Part shown: in pieces, positions 29,061 to 39,289 of the stretch
Layout of the letters: each line of letters starts with the position of its first letter
How positions within the stretch are numbered: position 1 is the first letter of the stretch
From: an uncultured Pseudomonadales bacterium
GTDB taxonomy: Bacteria > Patescibacteriota > Microgenomatia > UBA1400 > Chazhemtobacteraceae
Direction: 5' to 3'
NCBI GenBank assembly: GCA_964618725.1
Contig: CAZUBK010000003.1
Location: forward strand, 81,018 to 145,017
Length of the DNA: 64,000 nucleotides
The notes under the pieces: model-generated
Told to the model about the DNA's origin: nothing
Seen by the model: the letters and a program-made list of their open reading frames with translations, nothing else
Databases searched by the model: none
Position numbers and translations under genes: made by a program

Positions 29061-29792
29061 TTATTTCCCTAATAATTCGTAACCCTTCTCCTCTAACTCT
29101 CGCACCAACTCTTCCCCACCCTCTCTTTGTATTTTTCCTTCCCTTAATATTACCACTTTGTCAGGCTTAAGATACTTAAGCATCCTCTGGTAATGAGTAA
29201 TCACCAGTATCCCCACCTTATCTCTCTTCACCGCTTCCCTCGCTCCTTCTGCCACAATCTTTAAGGCATCAATATCCAGTCCTGAATCCGTCTCGTCCAA
29301 CACTGCATATTTGGGTTTCAAGATTCCCAATTGCAATATCTCCATCTTCTTTTTTTCTCCTCCGCTAAATCCTTCGTTTAGACCTCGATTCAGTAACTCT
29401 TTGTTCATTGACAACAACGCTGCCTCCTTCTCCACCCTCCTTTTCAACTCAATTGCCCTCCCCTTTCCTCCTCTTTCTCTTATCACCGCCAGTAGCATCT
29501 CCCTCACCGATACACCGGGGATCCCCACCGGATACTGAAAAGCCAAGAACAACCCTTTTTTGGCCCGCTCATCCACTGACAACTCAAGCAAATCATCTCC
29601 ATCTAACCTTATCTCCCCCTTCTTTACTTTGTAACTAGGATGTCCTGCCATCGTGTATGCCAAACTACTCTTGCCTGACCCATTTGGCCCCATTAACGCC
29701 ACTACTTCACCTGGACTAACCGTCAAATCTACTCCCCGAAGCACTGCTTTCCCCTCTATCGTTACCCAAAGCTCCCTAATCTCTAATGCCAT
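29061..29792 (-). CDS. sufC: Fe-S cluster assembly ATPase SufC
   Basis: GPNGSGKS, FQYP, GFSGGEKK, LDETDSGLDID, ITHYQR. Confidence 0.95.
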   Translation of the reverse strand: MALEIRELWVTIEGKAVLRGVDLTVSPGEVVALMGPNGSGKSSLAYTMAGHPSYKVKKGEIRLDGDDLLELSVDERAKKGLFLAFQYPVGIPGVSVREMLLAVIRERGGKGRAIELKRRVEKEAALLSMNKELLNRGLNEGFSGGEKKKMEILQLGILKPKYAVLDETDSGLDIDALKIVAEGAREAVKRDKVGILVITHYQRMLKYLKPDKVVILREGKIQREGGEELVRELEEKGYELLGK

Positions 29793-30214
29793 GTTCTTTT
29801 ATATCCCTCTTTACTTAAATCCGCGACCGTATACTTGGACAATAAATGACTCACCTCGTCCGCCAAGGAAACCATGAAATCCTTTTGAATACAGACTTCC
29901 TCTACCGGACAATTGTGATGTTCGATCACACAAGTCACGGGTCTTAGTTTACCCTCTATCGCCTCAATCACTTTTACCAACCCGATCTCTTTTGGATCTT
30001 CATCTAAGTAATAGCCCCCGTTCTTGCCCTCTTTTGACTTTATAATCCCCGCCCCAACCAAGTCTTTCCCAATACTCGCCAAGAAAGCCTTGGGCAACCC
30101 CCTCTCTCTTGCTAGCTTCTGTGTACTTAACACCTCACCTCGACCTAGTCTAGCCAGCTCCGCCACCAACAACAAACCATAGTCAGACTTCTTGGTTAAA
30201 GTAAAAAATGCCAT
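29783..30214 (-). CDS. Rrf2/IscR-family regulator
   Basis: SDYGL, GKNGGY, C-x5-C-x5-C; heads the suf operon. Confidence 0.9.
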   Translation of the reverse strand: MAFFTLTKKSDYGLLLVAELARLGRGEVLSTQKLARERGLPKAFLASIGKDLVGAGIIKSKEGKNGGYYLDEDPKEIGLVKVIEAIEGKLRPVTCVIEHHNCPVEEVCIQKDFMVSLADEVSHLLSKYTVADLSKEGYKRTWH

Positions 30215-30248
30215 AACTCATATAATCTAGTCTAAGTTTGTGGAAAAA

Positions 30249-31334
30249 TCAATCCTTTCGGACTACCAACACGTCATGCGCTCCATTCTCTCTTGCCCCA
30301 GCATTGGTCACTCGAATAAACCGGGCTTTCGATACTAGCTCCGCTAAATTCCTCGCCCCGCAGTACGCCATTCCCGATCTGACCCCTGCTGTCAACCGAG
30401 TCACCAACTCCTCCACCGGTCCCTTACACGATACCAGGCTCTCTACTCCTTCCACATGCTTGATATACATTTTGTCTTTCCCTTTTTCGTCCCGCTCCAC
30501 CTGTCTTCTCTTCTCACTTTCCGACGCCGACCCATTATATCTTTTGTAACTCCCTCCATTTACCTCCACTATCTCCCCTGGCGCCTCATCCGTCCCGGCA
30601 AACAGCGACCCAGCGACTACTCCACACGCCCCCGTTGCCAATGCTTTGACGATATCTCCCGAATTTCTGATTCCCGCATCCGGCATAAATGTCCTTTTAT
30701 ATTTCTTCGCTGCTATCGCCACCTCCAGTAACGAAGTAAAACCTGGCACCCCACACCCTGTCTGAATCCGAGTCGTACATATCGACCCCGCCCCAATACC
30801 GACTAGCAAACAGTCCGCACCCGCTTCATACAAGTCCGCTGCACACTCATAAGTCGAGGCAATCCCGGAAATTATCACCAGTTTCTTGCCGAAGTGTTCC
30901 CGAAGTTTCCTTGTTGCCTCAATATTTTGTCGCATGTGTCCATGCGCCACATCGATATTGATTACAAAAGCTCCCGCCTTGACCAACATTTCCGCTCGCT
31001 CTAAGAAACCGTTCTTACACCCCACTGCTGCCGCGACGATAACCCCGGTCTTTGCTACCTCACTCACCTTTCCCGCCTGCACTTCCTCTTTATCAAATCG
31101 TGGCAATATCCCCATCCCGCCCAATTGACCCATCTTTATTGCCATCTCCACCCCCGTCACTGTATCCATCTTCGTACTCACCAAAGGAATCTTTAATTCA
31201 ACTCCTTCCGCAACCTTGGTGGTCAAATCCACCTCACTCCGGCTATCAATCTCACTGTACTGCGGTACAAGCAAGATGTCGTCGTAAGACAAAGCTAATG
31301 GAAAGTCGTGATTTGAATAAAAAATCCCGCTCAT
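30249..31334 (-). CDS. guaB: IMP dehydrogenase / GMP reductase family, lacking CBS domains
   Basis: LSYDDILLVP, MDTVT, IDVAHGH, GIGAGSICTTR, VEGV; guaC not excluded. Confidence 0.8.
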   Translation of the reverse strand: MSGIFYSNHDFPLALSYDDILLVPQYSEIDSRSEVDLTTKVAEGVELKIPLVSTKMDTVTGVEMAIKMGQLGGMGILPRFDKEEVQAGKVSEVAKTGVIVAAAVGCKNGFLERAEMLVKAGAFVINIDVAHGHMRQNIEATRKLREHFGKKLVIISGIASTYECAADLYEAGADCLLVGIGAGSICTTRIQTGCGVPGFTSLLEVAIAAKKYKRTFMPDAGIRNSGDIVKALATGACGVVAGSLFAGTDEAPGEIVEVNGGSYKRYNGSASESEKRRQVERDEKGKDKMYIKHVEGVESLVSCKGPVEELVTRLTAGVRSGMAYCGARNLAELVSKARFIRVTNAGARENGAHDVLVVRKD

Positions 31335-31403
31335 TTTTGATCTGGGCGGGCTATATTTCCCTTTCTTAAGCTAACATATCCAAGGACTCTGTCAATACCT
31401 TGC

Positions 31404-32012
31404 TCAGAACAATCCCAGTTGAGGATCCTCTACCTTAGGTGGATATGAAAAATCAATTTCAAACTCCTTGATCTCATTCCATTTATCCTTAAACTTCAAT
31501 CTCCCATTTTTCATCACAAAATCGTATAGCTTCTTTGTCACCACTACATCCTGTTCACAATACATTTTTAGTTTACGTAAAGACTCCTCATTCCCCGCAT
31601 TCCACCAATCCACCGCATCAAGTCCCGATGCCAACTTACTCTCCGAAAGAGTCTCCTTCGCCAGAGCATCAAGCGATACCCGGTGCCCAAGTACCCCTTT
31701 AACCCGGTCCAGAATATCAAAATGTGGCAACTTCATAAAGTCTTTCTCATATAACGGATTAAGAATCGGGGCATCAAACTTCACTGAATTGAACCCCACT
31801 ACACGATCTACTCCCTCAAACCAACCCCACATTGAAGGCAGGTCCTTTTCCCAAAAACTCCTCATCTCTCCCTCAATCTCCTCAAAACCCTCATTCAACC
31901 TCCTTTTATACACCGAAACAATCGATACTCCCAGCTCTTCCACTTTACTTGGATCTGGTATCTGGTCAAACAACTTCTTTGTCTCAATATCAAAAATAAC
32001 CTCGGTATACAT
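31404..32012 (-). CDS. RNase H-like / DEDD exonuclease domain protein
   Basis: FDIET, GFNSVKFD, HFDI, YCEQDV. Confidence 0.85.
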   Translation of the reverse strand: MYTEVIFDIETKKLFDQIPDPSKVEELGVSIVSVYKRRLNEGFEEIEGEMRSFWEKDLPSMWGWFEGVDRVVGFNSVKFDAPILNPLYEKDFMKLPHFDILDRVKGVLGHRVSLDALAKETLSESKLASGLDAVDWWNAGNEESLRKLKMYCEQDVVVTKKLYDFVMKNGRLKFKDKWNEIKEFEIDFSYPPKVEDPQLGLF

Positions 32013-32022
32013 AAGGAAACTA

Positions 32023-35000
32023 TTACTCCGGAATTTCTAACGTATAGTACGCATCATACGCATAGTTCTTGTTCTGTGCCATCACCTCAAAGAAGTACTT
32101 ACCTCCCTTTTTAAGTCCCGTTAGTTTCGCCTTGTGTATCTTTTCTCGTTTAGGTAGATCTACTTCCTCACCATACGCGAGTGTCTCGCCATAGTTCACT
32201 TTTCCGTATGCAAAGTGGTTAGTCTTGAAGGAGATGATGGCGTAGCCGTCTCCTACCTCTTCAACCGTGACATCACTGATCTTAGTTGGCTCCTTGTCAA
32301 AGAAGACCGCCATCGCTGTACCATAAACAATTCTTACCCCCTCAACAAAACCATTTGTCTTGTCCACCGGCTTCCGTATCTCTCTTAAGACTAGATCCGT
32401 TGCCTCCACCAGCTTCTCTCCCGGCCAGAGGTCATTAGCTTTTTGAATTGTCCTGAGTCTCCCTTCCTCGTAGTTAGAGGCCAAGTCTTGACCTGATTGA
32501 ATAATTGTTGCCACACTGTTCTCGACAAAAGAGTCAATATTGTCTTTAAGCTCTCTGGCCGGACGGTTGATGCTCTCCGCCAATTCGGCGGAAGAGTCCG
32601 CTAAGTTCTCCGAAGTCTTCGTAATAGCGGTGTAGTCTACTTTGATAATAGGGAGGTTAATTCCTGGCAGCTTGACTTCCGGCAGATTGATCTCTGGCAG
32701 ATTAATTGCCAGTCTTGGCAGCTCAAGATCTAGGTTGGGGATCACTACCTCTGGTACCCTGACCTCTGGTAATCTCACTTCAGCCAGTGTCTCAAGAAGG
32801 GTCCCTCCTTGGTCTAACAGATTAGCCAGAAAGCCCGACACCGGAGACAGTAGCGTTAGTATCTGGTCTTTTAGATTAGTTAACTCCTTTGCCTCCAGTT
32901 CTCGTCTGATGATGGCCTGCTTCTCAAGGTCTGGGATGGAGATCTTGCCTTCTCCCTCCCCGGAGGTGGGTGTCTCTCCTTCCTGGGCCAACAGGAGGTT
33001 AATCTTGTCTAGAGTGAGAAGATTAAGCGAGAACTCTTGAGAAGACTGGTTACCTGCCTTGTCTAAAGCCGCCACTGTCGTCTTGTATTTACCTAAGGTC
33101 AAGTCTTTACTGGTCTTGAAGCTGTAGCTCCAGGAGGTGGCGGTATTAGTTGTGGAAGTGGTGGAGGATCGCGACAGCGTCTCTTGGTCCACCAGTTCCT
33201 CACTGGTAATGATTCCGAGGAAAAGGTTTTGTTTGTAGTAGGAGACGACTAGCTTCTCGATGTTAAGGTTGTCGGTGATGGTACCGGTAAAGGTGGGTTG
33301 GTTGGTGTTGATTAACTGGTATCCGTCAACACTCCCCTTGTCGTCACCGACAGTAGCGGTAAGAGTCGGACTGCTTTGATCAGCGTAGAAGATTCTGCTG
33401 TGGCTTCTGCCGTTACCGGCACTGTCATAGGCGGTTACCCTAAAGCTTCTCTCGCCTTCCTTTACCTTGCCGTCGTTTTGACTACTCTCCCATGACGAGG
33501 AACTCTTGGTATATACCGATATGTATCCTGAGGAGTCATAGTCAATTACGTACTTAGATGTTGTGTAGTCAGCGGTAAGGGGAATTGAATCAATTGTAAT
33601 ATCTCCGGTATCTCCGTTGTCAATGAACAACTGGTAGTGAGACAACCCACTCCCTCCATCTGAGGACACCTTCCACTTGAAGGTCGGTCGAGAGTTACTG
33701 GTGTATGAAGCGTCTCCCGGGGACTCCAGGTCAAAAGAGGCAGGAGCGGTAGAGTCCAAAGTAATCGAGTCCGAGTAAGTAGAGGACTCATTGGAGTTAG
33801 CGTCCCTAAACTTGACATACACTGTCTGACTCCCATCTGTAGTACTCGCAAGCGTCCACGATTTAGACGTTGCGTAGTCTTCGTAGGACCCCGTCGAGAA
33901 GTCTGAGTTGTTAGAGACAAACATATCAATACCGGAAGCCGAGTCCACATCATCGCTAGCCGACAGCGTCAAGGTAACGGCGGTACTTGTCGAGTAGGTA
34001 GCACCACCGCCAATACTGATTGAACCCGTTGGTGAGACTGCATTAGCAAAGGTGAGACCAAAGTCAGAGAAGGTGGGGGTACTCACTCCATCACTACTAC
34101 TCAGGGTTACGTAGTACTGGCCATACCGGTGGCCATCAGTGACACACCCATTACTGGATATATCACTTCCGGAACTAATAGCACTACAAGAAGAAAAGTC
34201 AGTCGCTCCAGACATACTGCTTGAATTACTGGTTCTCACCCTGACAGTGGCGGTGGTATTGGAAGGAGTAGTAGCGGTATATGTGAGTGTTCCCCAATTA
34301 CTACTCCAGCCTGCATCAAAAATGCTTGATGTAAAAGTTGCAGTGGGATAGTAAGCTTCTTCAGAAGCATAGGTATTAAAAGTATCCACCTCTGATTTGT
34401 ACTGAGCGGCGATTTGGGAAGCAGTGAGGGCTGTGCCTGAGAGCACAAAGATTTCATCCAATGTCCCACTCAAATTTACAGTTTCTGTATATCCAGATCG
34501 ATTTGCCAATACAAATGGCGCAGACACATCCGTCATGGCAGCACCTACCGAACTATCTGTAATTGTTTCAGTATTTCCTCCGTCAATATATAATTTGGCA
34601 GAACTACCCGAAGAGAATACTGCCGTCAGATAGTGCCAAGCATCATCTCCATATGAAGAGACAGAATCAGCCACAGAAGTAGCCCCTGGGCTATAAAATT
34701 CTAAACGTCCTGGAGAAAATAGATGAAGAAGATAACTTTGGGTAGTAGCCCCGCTACTGTCGTACTTTGAGATAATACCTTTTGATATCGACGTTGTCTT
34801 TACCCAACCTCCTATTGTCATAGTTCCTGTGATGTTAAAATCACTCTTCCTCACTTCATACCCCACCGGTGTTTTACCTGAGGGAGAAGTGCCATTAAAG
34901 CCTTCACTTCCTCCTGTACAGGCTTTTTTAGTATAAACTGCTGTTTGAACCCCCCCATCATTGGCACAGAAATAGCCCCAGGAAGTGGTGTTGTCTGAGT

Positions 35001-37407
35001 TGGTGACAACTATCATGTATTCTGCACTTCCTGCATCATCGTTGTCCCATTCTTCGAATTCCTGCCCAGTGTCACCGATATCTGTATTGGTGTCAGCATA
35101 TGTGAGAGTTCCTAGATTTATGTCATACGTTTTTTGACGAAGAAAGCCAGTTGCCCCATCAAAAGTATATGCATTGGCCACTTGTCCCGAGGTATTACTG
35201 CTTGCTCCGTCACTATCTCCCTGGACAGAGAGTGGATTATTTCCTACTGCATCAGTCACCGAAGTCCAGGACTGGAAACTACCTGCAATGTTATCCAGAG
35301 GGGTTATTGTTACGTCGTCAAACCAAACTATATCAGTGTTTGCTGATCCCCGAAGATATACCACCCCTGCTGTTCCCGTCGCCTTCACCACTCCCGACAA
35401 CCGTGTATATGAAGTAGCTGTTGAAGTAGTTATGTTTGAAACAGTCCCAGATCCCGGATCAAATGCCAAAACTGCAGTATCTCCGCTGGTTACTCTAGCC
35501 CAAGCCGAGACAAGATAATGATTGCCGCTCACCAAAGTCACACTTTGTTTTGCTCCGACGTTTGCCGCCCCTGCTGTTATTTTCATCTCCTGTGCGCCCG
35601 TATGCTCTGAAGTATCCGTTGCCATAGTGGCATTTGTTTCCTGTGTCCAGGAATCAGTTAGAGTGCCCTCCATACCGCCATCAAGTACTGAATTGGGGGT
35701 AAGCTGGATATTATCAAAATAGGTTATATCGCCTACAGTATTACCTGCATACAGGTAGATCCTGACTTGGGTTGTATTGGCCGCCGTTTTGAAACTCGAT
35801 TCATAGCGGGTTGGTGTATAGACCCTAACTTGAGCTAATGTCTCAATCGAGCTTGCATTGGTCACGTCATACACTAACACATACGAGGTACCCACAATGC
35901 TTGCGTCATCTTTTTTCCAAAATGAGACTGTGTAATTGGTGCTTGGTGTGACAGTTATAGTTTGCGTTATTGCCGCTCCGGCTCCCCCAACTCTGGTAAC
36001 TTTAATATCTTGGGTGTCAAACATGGGTGTCGTCGTATTTTTCTCGCCGGTTATGGCGGTTATAAGCTGACTTGGCCAGTTTGTAGTCCCAGCAGTTTCC
36101 ATATCCCAATCGGTTAACATCGTTCCGTTAGTATTAGTTGAAGAGTTGTAGGCAGTTTGGTCTACGTTTCCTCCCAGGTTATAGGTTACTGGAGACAAAG
36201 TGCCACTCCCATCCAGGGAAACATAGAATTTGAGTGACGGATCTGCTACATAGCCTGCTTGTCTGCCTGTTCCTGAGTTATATAGATTTGTTATTTCAGT
36301 TGTCGTAAGTACTCTGTCAAAAATGGCAAAGTCGTCTATGAGGGCCTGGGCTTGATTTGTACCCGTATACGTACTACCAATGTAGTTTTGTGCTGCCGGA
36401 GTGGGAGCCGTAAAGGCAGTGGAAGAAGAAATCACACTTGAGCCGTTTTGATAAACCGTATAGGAATCTGAGGTAAAGTTGAACAGAATGGTGATGTAAT
36501 AATAGGTACTGGCTGCAAACGTAATGCCAGTTGAGCTGGTTTCGGTGCCATTGATATTTAGGGTCAGATCATCTTCTGACGCATCCATATACAAGGCAAT
36601 CCTATTTGCAGTGCCGTCTCCAAAGTCAAACAGATATTGATCTTGGCTGATAGAGCCGATAGCTGTGGGAGACTTTACCCAAAAACTAATCGTGCCCTGG
36701 TTAGCGTTTATGTGTTCATAATTATTCCCCGATACCTGTGCTCCTCTGTTAAAGGTAAGTAGGGATCCACTCGTCCCCGCCGCATTGCCATACATTGAAA
36801 CGGCTTGTGACAATTTTCCTGTATCAAAGTAACCACTGGCTTTGAATTGGTTTACATCTGTTGAGGTTGTTTCTTTTAAGTGATATCTAATTTGTGATCC
36901 CCAGGTATTCGTGGCATCCTGGGCATCGGTAGCTCCCGTGTTACCATAGTACATATAGATGTAGTCAGTGGCCGAAGATGCGTCAATTTGGGGAACTTCT
37001 ACCCAGACAGTGGAGGTGCCCGATTCATCCCATTTTTCAATTTCATAACTCAAAAGTGTTGTCCCATCTGAATCTGTAAACCGAATGTCTTGACCACTAC
37101 CTTGGGTTTTGGCGTAATCTACTCTGGTACTGTCTAGTTTCACCATGACGACAAAGTTGGTCAGATTTTCTGCCTGAGAAGAGTTGTCAAAAGTAATCTT
37201 TCTTCTCGATGACCAACTAGCGTTGTACCAAGAAGAAGTGGGAGAGATGCTCATTTCCCCAGCTACACTGGTTTTGACATTACTCCCACTCTGCCCTGTC
37301 CAGTCTGTCTCATTCCAAGGACTGGTTGCTGCCAACACCCACCACGGGATACTATTTACCACCATCAACACCGCCAAAAGTAATCCCAAGAATCTTCGTA
37401 GTTTCAC
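32023..37407 (-). CDS. Large secreted/surface protein (DUF2341-like, LamG, carbohydrate-binding, Ig/FN3-like domains)
   Basis: Signal peptide; DIRFTDSDGTTLLSYEIEKWD...YMYYGN; LamG-like IDDFAIFDRVLT and LDEI; CBM-like YFDNIQL and WFDDVTI; C-terminal FN3-like domain. Confidence 0.85.
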   Translation of the reverse strand: MKLRRFLGLLLAVLMVVNSIPWWVLAATSPWNETDWTGQSGSNVKTSVAGEMSISPTSSWYNASWSSRRKITFDNSSQAENLTNFVVMVKLDSTRVDYAKTQGSGQDIRFTDSDGTTLLSYEIEKWDESGTSTVWVEVPQIDASSATDYIYMYYGNTGATDAQDATNTWGSQIRYHLKETTSTDVNQFKASGYFDTGKLSQAVSMYGNAAGTSGSLLTFNRGAQVSGNNYEHINANQGTISFWVKSPTAIGSISQDQYLFDFGDGTANRIALYMDASEDDLTLNINGTETSSTGITFAASTYYYITILFNFTSDSYTVYQNGSSVISSSTAFTAPTPAAQNYIGSTYTGTNQAQALIDDFAIFDRVLTTTEITNLYNSGTGRQAGYVADPSLKFYVSLDGSGTLSPVTYNLGGNVDQTAYNSSTNTNGTMLTDWDMETAGTTNWPSQLITAITGEKNTTTPMFDTQDIKVTRVGGAGAAITQTITVTPSTNYTVSFWKKDDASIVGTSYVLVYDVTNASSIETLAQVRVYTPTRYESSFKTAANTTQVRIYLYAGNTVGDITYFDNIQLTPNSVLDGGMEGTLTDSWTQETNATMATDTSEHTGAQEMKITAGAANVGAKQSVTLVSGNHYLVSAWARVTSGDTAVLAFDPGSGTVSNITTSTATSYTRLSGVVKATGTAGVVYLRGSANTDIVWFDDVTITPLDNIAGSFQSWTSVTDAVGNNPLSVQGDSDGASSNTSGQVANAYTFDGATGFLRQKTYDINLGTLTYADTNTDIGDTGQEFEEWDNDDAGSAEYMIVVTNSDNTTSWGYFCANDGGVQTAVYTKKACTGGSEGFNGTSPSGKTPVGYEVRKSDFNITGTMTIGGWVKTTSISKGIISKYDSSGATTQSYLLHLFSPGRLEFYSPGATSVADSVSSYGDDAWHYLTAVFSSGSSAKLYIDGGNTETITDSSVGAAMTDVSAPFVLANRSGYTETVNLSGTLDEIFVLSGTALTASQIAAQYKSEVDTFNTYASEEAYYPTATFTSSIFDAGWSSNWGTLTYTATTPSNTTATVRVRTSNSSSMSGATDFSSCSAISSGSDISSNGCVTDGHRYGQYYVTLSSSDGVSTPTFSDFGLTFANAVSPTGSISIGGGATYSTSTAVTLTLSASDDVDSASGIDMFVSNNSDFSTGSYEDYATSKSWTLASTTDGSQTVYVKFRDANSNESSTYSDSITLDSTAPASFDLESPGDASYTSNSRPTFKWKVSSDGGSGLSHYQLFIDNGDTGDITIDSIPLTADYTTSKYVIDYDSSGYISVYTKSSSSWESSQNDGKVKEGERSFRVTAYDSAGNGRSHSRIFYADQSSPTLTATVGDDKGSVDGYQLINTNQPTFTGTITDNLNIEKLVVSYYKQNLFLGIITSEELVDQETLSRSSTTSTTNTATSWSYSFKTSKDLTLGKYKTTVAALDKAGNQSSQEFSLNLLTLDKINLLLAQEGETPTSGEGEGKISIPDLEKQAIIRRELEAKELTNLKDQILTLLSPVSGFLANLLDQGGTLLETLAEVRLPEVRVPEVVIPNLDLELPRLAINLPEINLPEVKLPGINLPIIKVDYTAITKTSENLADSSAELAESINRPARELKDNIDSFVENSVATIIQSGQDLASNYEEGRLRTIQKANDLWPGEKLVEATDLVLREIRKPVDKTNGFVEGVRIVYGTAMAVFFDKEPTKISDVTVEEVGDGYAIISFKTNHFAYGKVNYGETLAYGEEVDLPKREKIHKAKLTGLKKGGKYFFEVMAQNKNYAYDAYYTLEIPE

Positions 37408-37455
37408 AACTTAAGCATATGCAACCCAGCCACCAAATGCAACACACTGTAACCT

Positions 37456-38796
37456 TTATATCTCAATCTCCTCCCGTAACACTGGCAATACTACCGACAA
37501 TCCCAACTCTCTCTCAATTCTTTCCTTAAACACCATTCTTGCTCCATCTTCACCGTGAACCAGGATTACCTGCTTCACCCCTTTTATCGCCTTCAACCAA
37601 TCCATCAGTTGTTTTTGATCGGCGTGAGCACTCATACTGCTCACCTCAACAATTTTTGCCGCCACGGTTACCACTGATCCATCTATTATCACTTCTTTCT
37701 TACCCTCCAATAATTCCCGTCCCAACGTCCCAACTGCCTGATAGCCCGTTATCAATACAATCGTCTTTGAATCAGGTAACCACTTCTTTGAGTGAGACAC
37801 AATTCTTCCTCCCGTCATCATTCCCGACCCGGCAATAATGACCTTGGCTATACTCATCTCATCCACCTTTCTGCTTTTTTGCCCATTCTCTACCAAAACC
37901 AATCCTGGAAAATCAAACGGATCATCCCATTTCCGTTGGGATGATAACTCCTGATTGAACAACTGAGGATATTTCTCATAAATGATCGTTGCTTTGTTTC
38001 CCATCGGACTATCTAAATACACTGTCAATCCATTACTCACTCGCCCCTCCCTCTTTAGATGATCAAACAATAATAACAATTCCTGAGTCCTATCAAGGGA
38101 AAATGCCGGTAGAAGTAATGTTCCTCCACTACCCTCTATTTCTTTACATAGAGTCACCAACTTTTCTATTTCCTCTCCTCTTTCCGGATGACTCTTGTCT
38201 CCATAGGTACTCTCCATTATCACTACCTCTGCCTCAAGCGGTGCATCTGTCTCTCTCACTATTCGGCTCGGCGTATTCCCCAAGTCGCCTGAGAATACAA
38301 TCTTTCTCCCCTCACTCTCTATCTCCACACTACTGCTCCCCATTATGTGTCCCGCATCCCACAATCGGAATCTCAACCCTTCCCCAATCTCCCTCCACTT
38401 CTGGTAATCCACCACCTCAAAACGCCCCATCAACTGTTCCACACTATCCTCGTTGTACAAGGCCTTTATTCCTTCTTCTCTCGCGTTCAGTCCCGACACC
38501 TTCGCTGCATCTTTTAGAACTAAATATGCCAAGTCCATCGTCGGTTTGTTCGCAAATACTTTCCCTATGAAGCCCAAACTGGACAATAAAGGCAGTCTCC
38601 CGCAATGATCCAAATGAGCATGGGTTAGAACCACAGCTTCACACCCCTCTGCGATTAAGTCCTGATTTCGATTCTTCCCGCTCGACCCCGCCCCTTGAAA
38701 CATCCCCATATCTACCAACAATCTTCTCCCCCCACTCGTTAACAGAAAACTACTCCCCGTTACTTCTCCTGCTGCCCCCAAAAATCTAACTTTCAT
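37456..38796 (-). CDS. MBL-fold beta-CASP ribonuclease
   Basis: GAAGEVTGS, THAHLDHCG, AGHIMGS, SGDLG, MESTYG, SAHAD, VHGE. Confidence 0.93.
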   Translation of the reverse strand: MKVRFLGAAGEVTGSSFLLTSGGRRLLVDMGMFQGAGSSGKNRNQDLIAEGCEAVVLTHAHLDHCGRLPLLSSLGFIGKVFANKPTMDLAYLVLKDAAKVSGLNAREEGIKALYNEDSVEQLMGRFEVVDYQKWREIGEGLRFRLWDAGHIMGSSSVEIESEGRKIVFSGDLGNTPSRIVRETDAPLEAEVVIMESTYGDKSHPERGEEIEKLVTLCKEIEGSGGTLLLPAFSLDRTQELLLLFDHLKREGRVSNGLTVYLDSPMGNKATIIYEKYPQLFNQELSSQRKWDDPFDFPGLVLVENGQKSRKVDEMSIAKVIIAGSGMMTGGRIVSHSKKWLPDSKTIVLITGYQAVGTLGRELLEGKKEVIIDGSVVTVAAKIVEVSSMSAHADQKQLMDWLKAIKGVKQVILVHGEDGARMVFKERIERELGLSVVLPVLREEIEI

Positions 38797-38821
38797 TCCT
38801 CAATCCTACTACAGATTCACG

Positions 38822-38872
38822 CTTGAAGGGGTACTTTCGCCTTCTCAAGAAAAGCAAAAATACCCCTTCAAG
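38822..38872. repeat. Long inverted repeat downstream of the RRM gene
   Basis: CTTGAAGGGGTA...TACCCCTTCAAG, 12-bp perfect arms with partial inner pairing. Confidence 0.65.
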
Positions 38873-38884
38873 TCTTCCCTACAT

Positions 38885-39148
38885 TTACACTCTCGGCTTG
38901 GCAATATTACATACCAATACTCGACCACTAACTTCGCGACCATTCATTTCTAAGGCTGCCCGCTCTGCATCTTCAGCAGAAGCCATGGTTACAAACCCAA
39001 AGCCCTTAGAACGATCCCGGTTACCCGGCTCCATCATCACCACTGCGTCTTCCACAGCGCCGAATGATTCAAACAATTGTTTCAAATCTGGAGTTCTCAA
39101 AGAATACGGTAGATTACCTACGTATAAACGATTATTTTGATCTTGCAT
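38885..39148 (-). CDS. RRM-domain RNA-binding protein
   Basis: LYVGNL (RNP2), KGFGFVTM (RNP1); GAGGAGGTGA RBS. Confidence 0.93.
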   Translation of the reverse strand: MQDQNNRLYVGNLPYSLRTPDLKQLFESFGAVEDAVVMMEPGNRDRSKGFGFVTMASAEDAERAALEMNGREVSGRVLVCNIAKPRV

Positions 39149-39289
39149 TAAACTCTCACCTCCTCACTCTAGAGTAAACTAACTTCTCCTTAAGGATCCT
39201 TACTCAAGCTCCTAAAGTAAGTATATTGTATCAAAAATATACCTTATTAGCTACTCGTTCATTAAAATTTCCCTGATAGAATCTAGATC

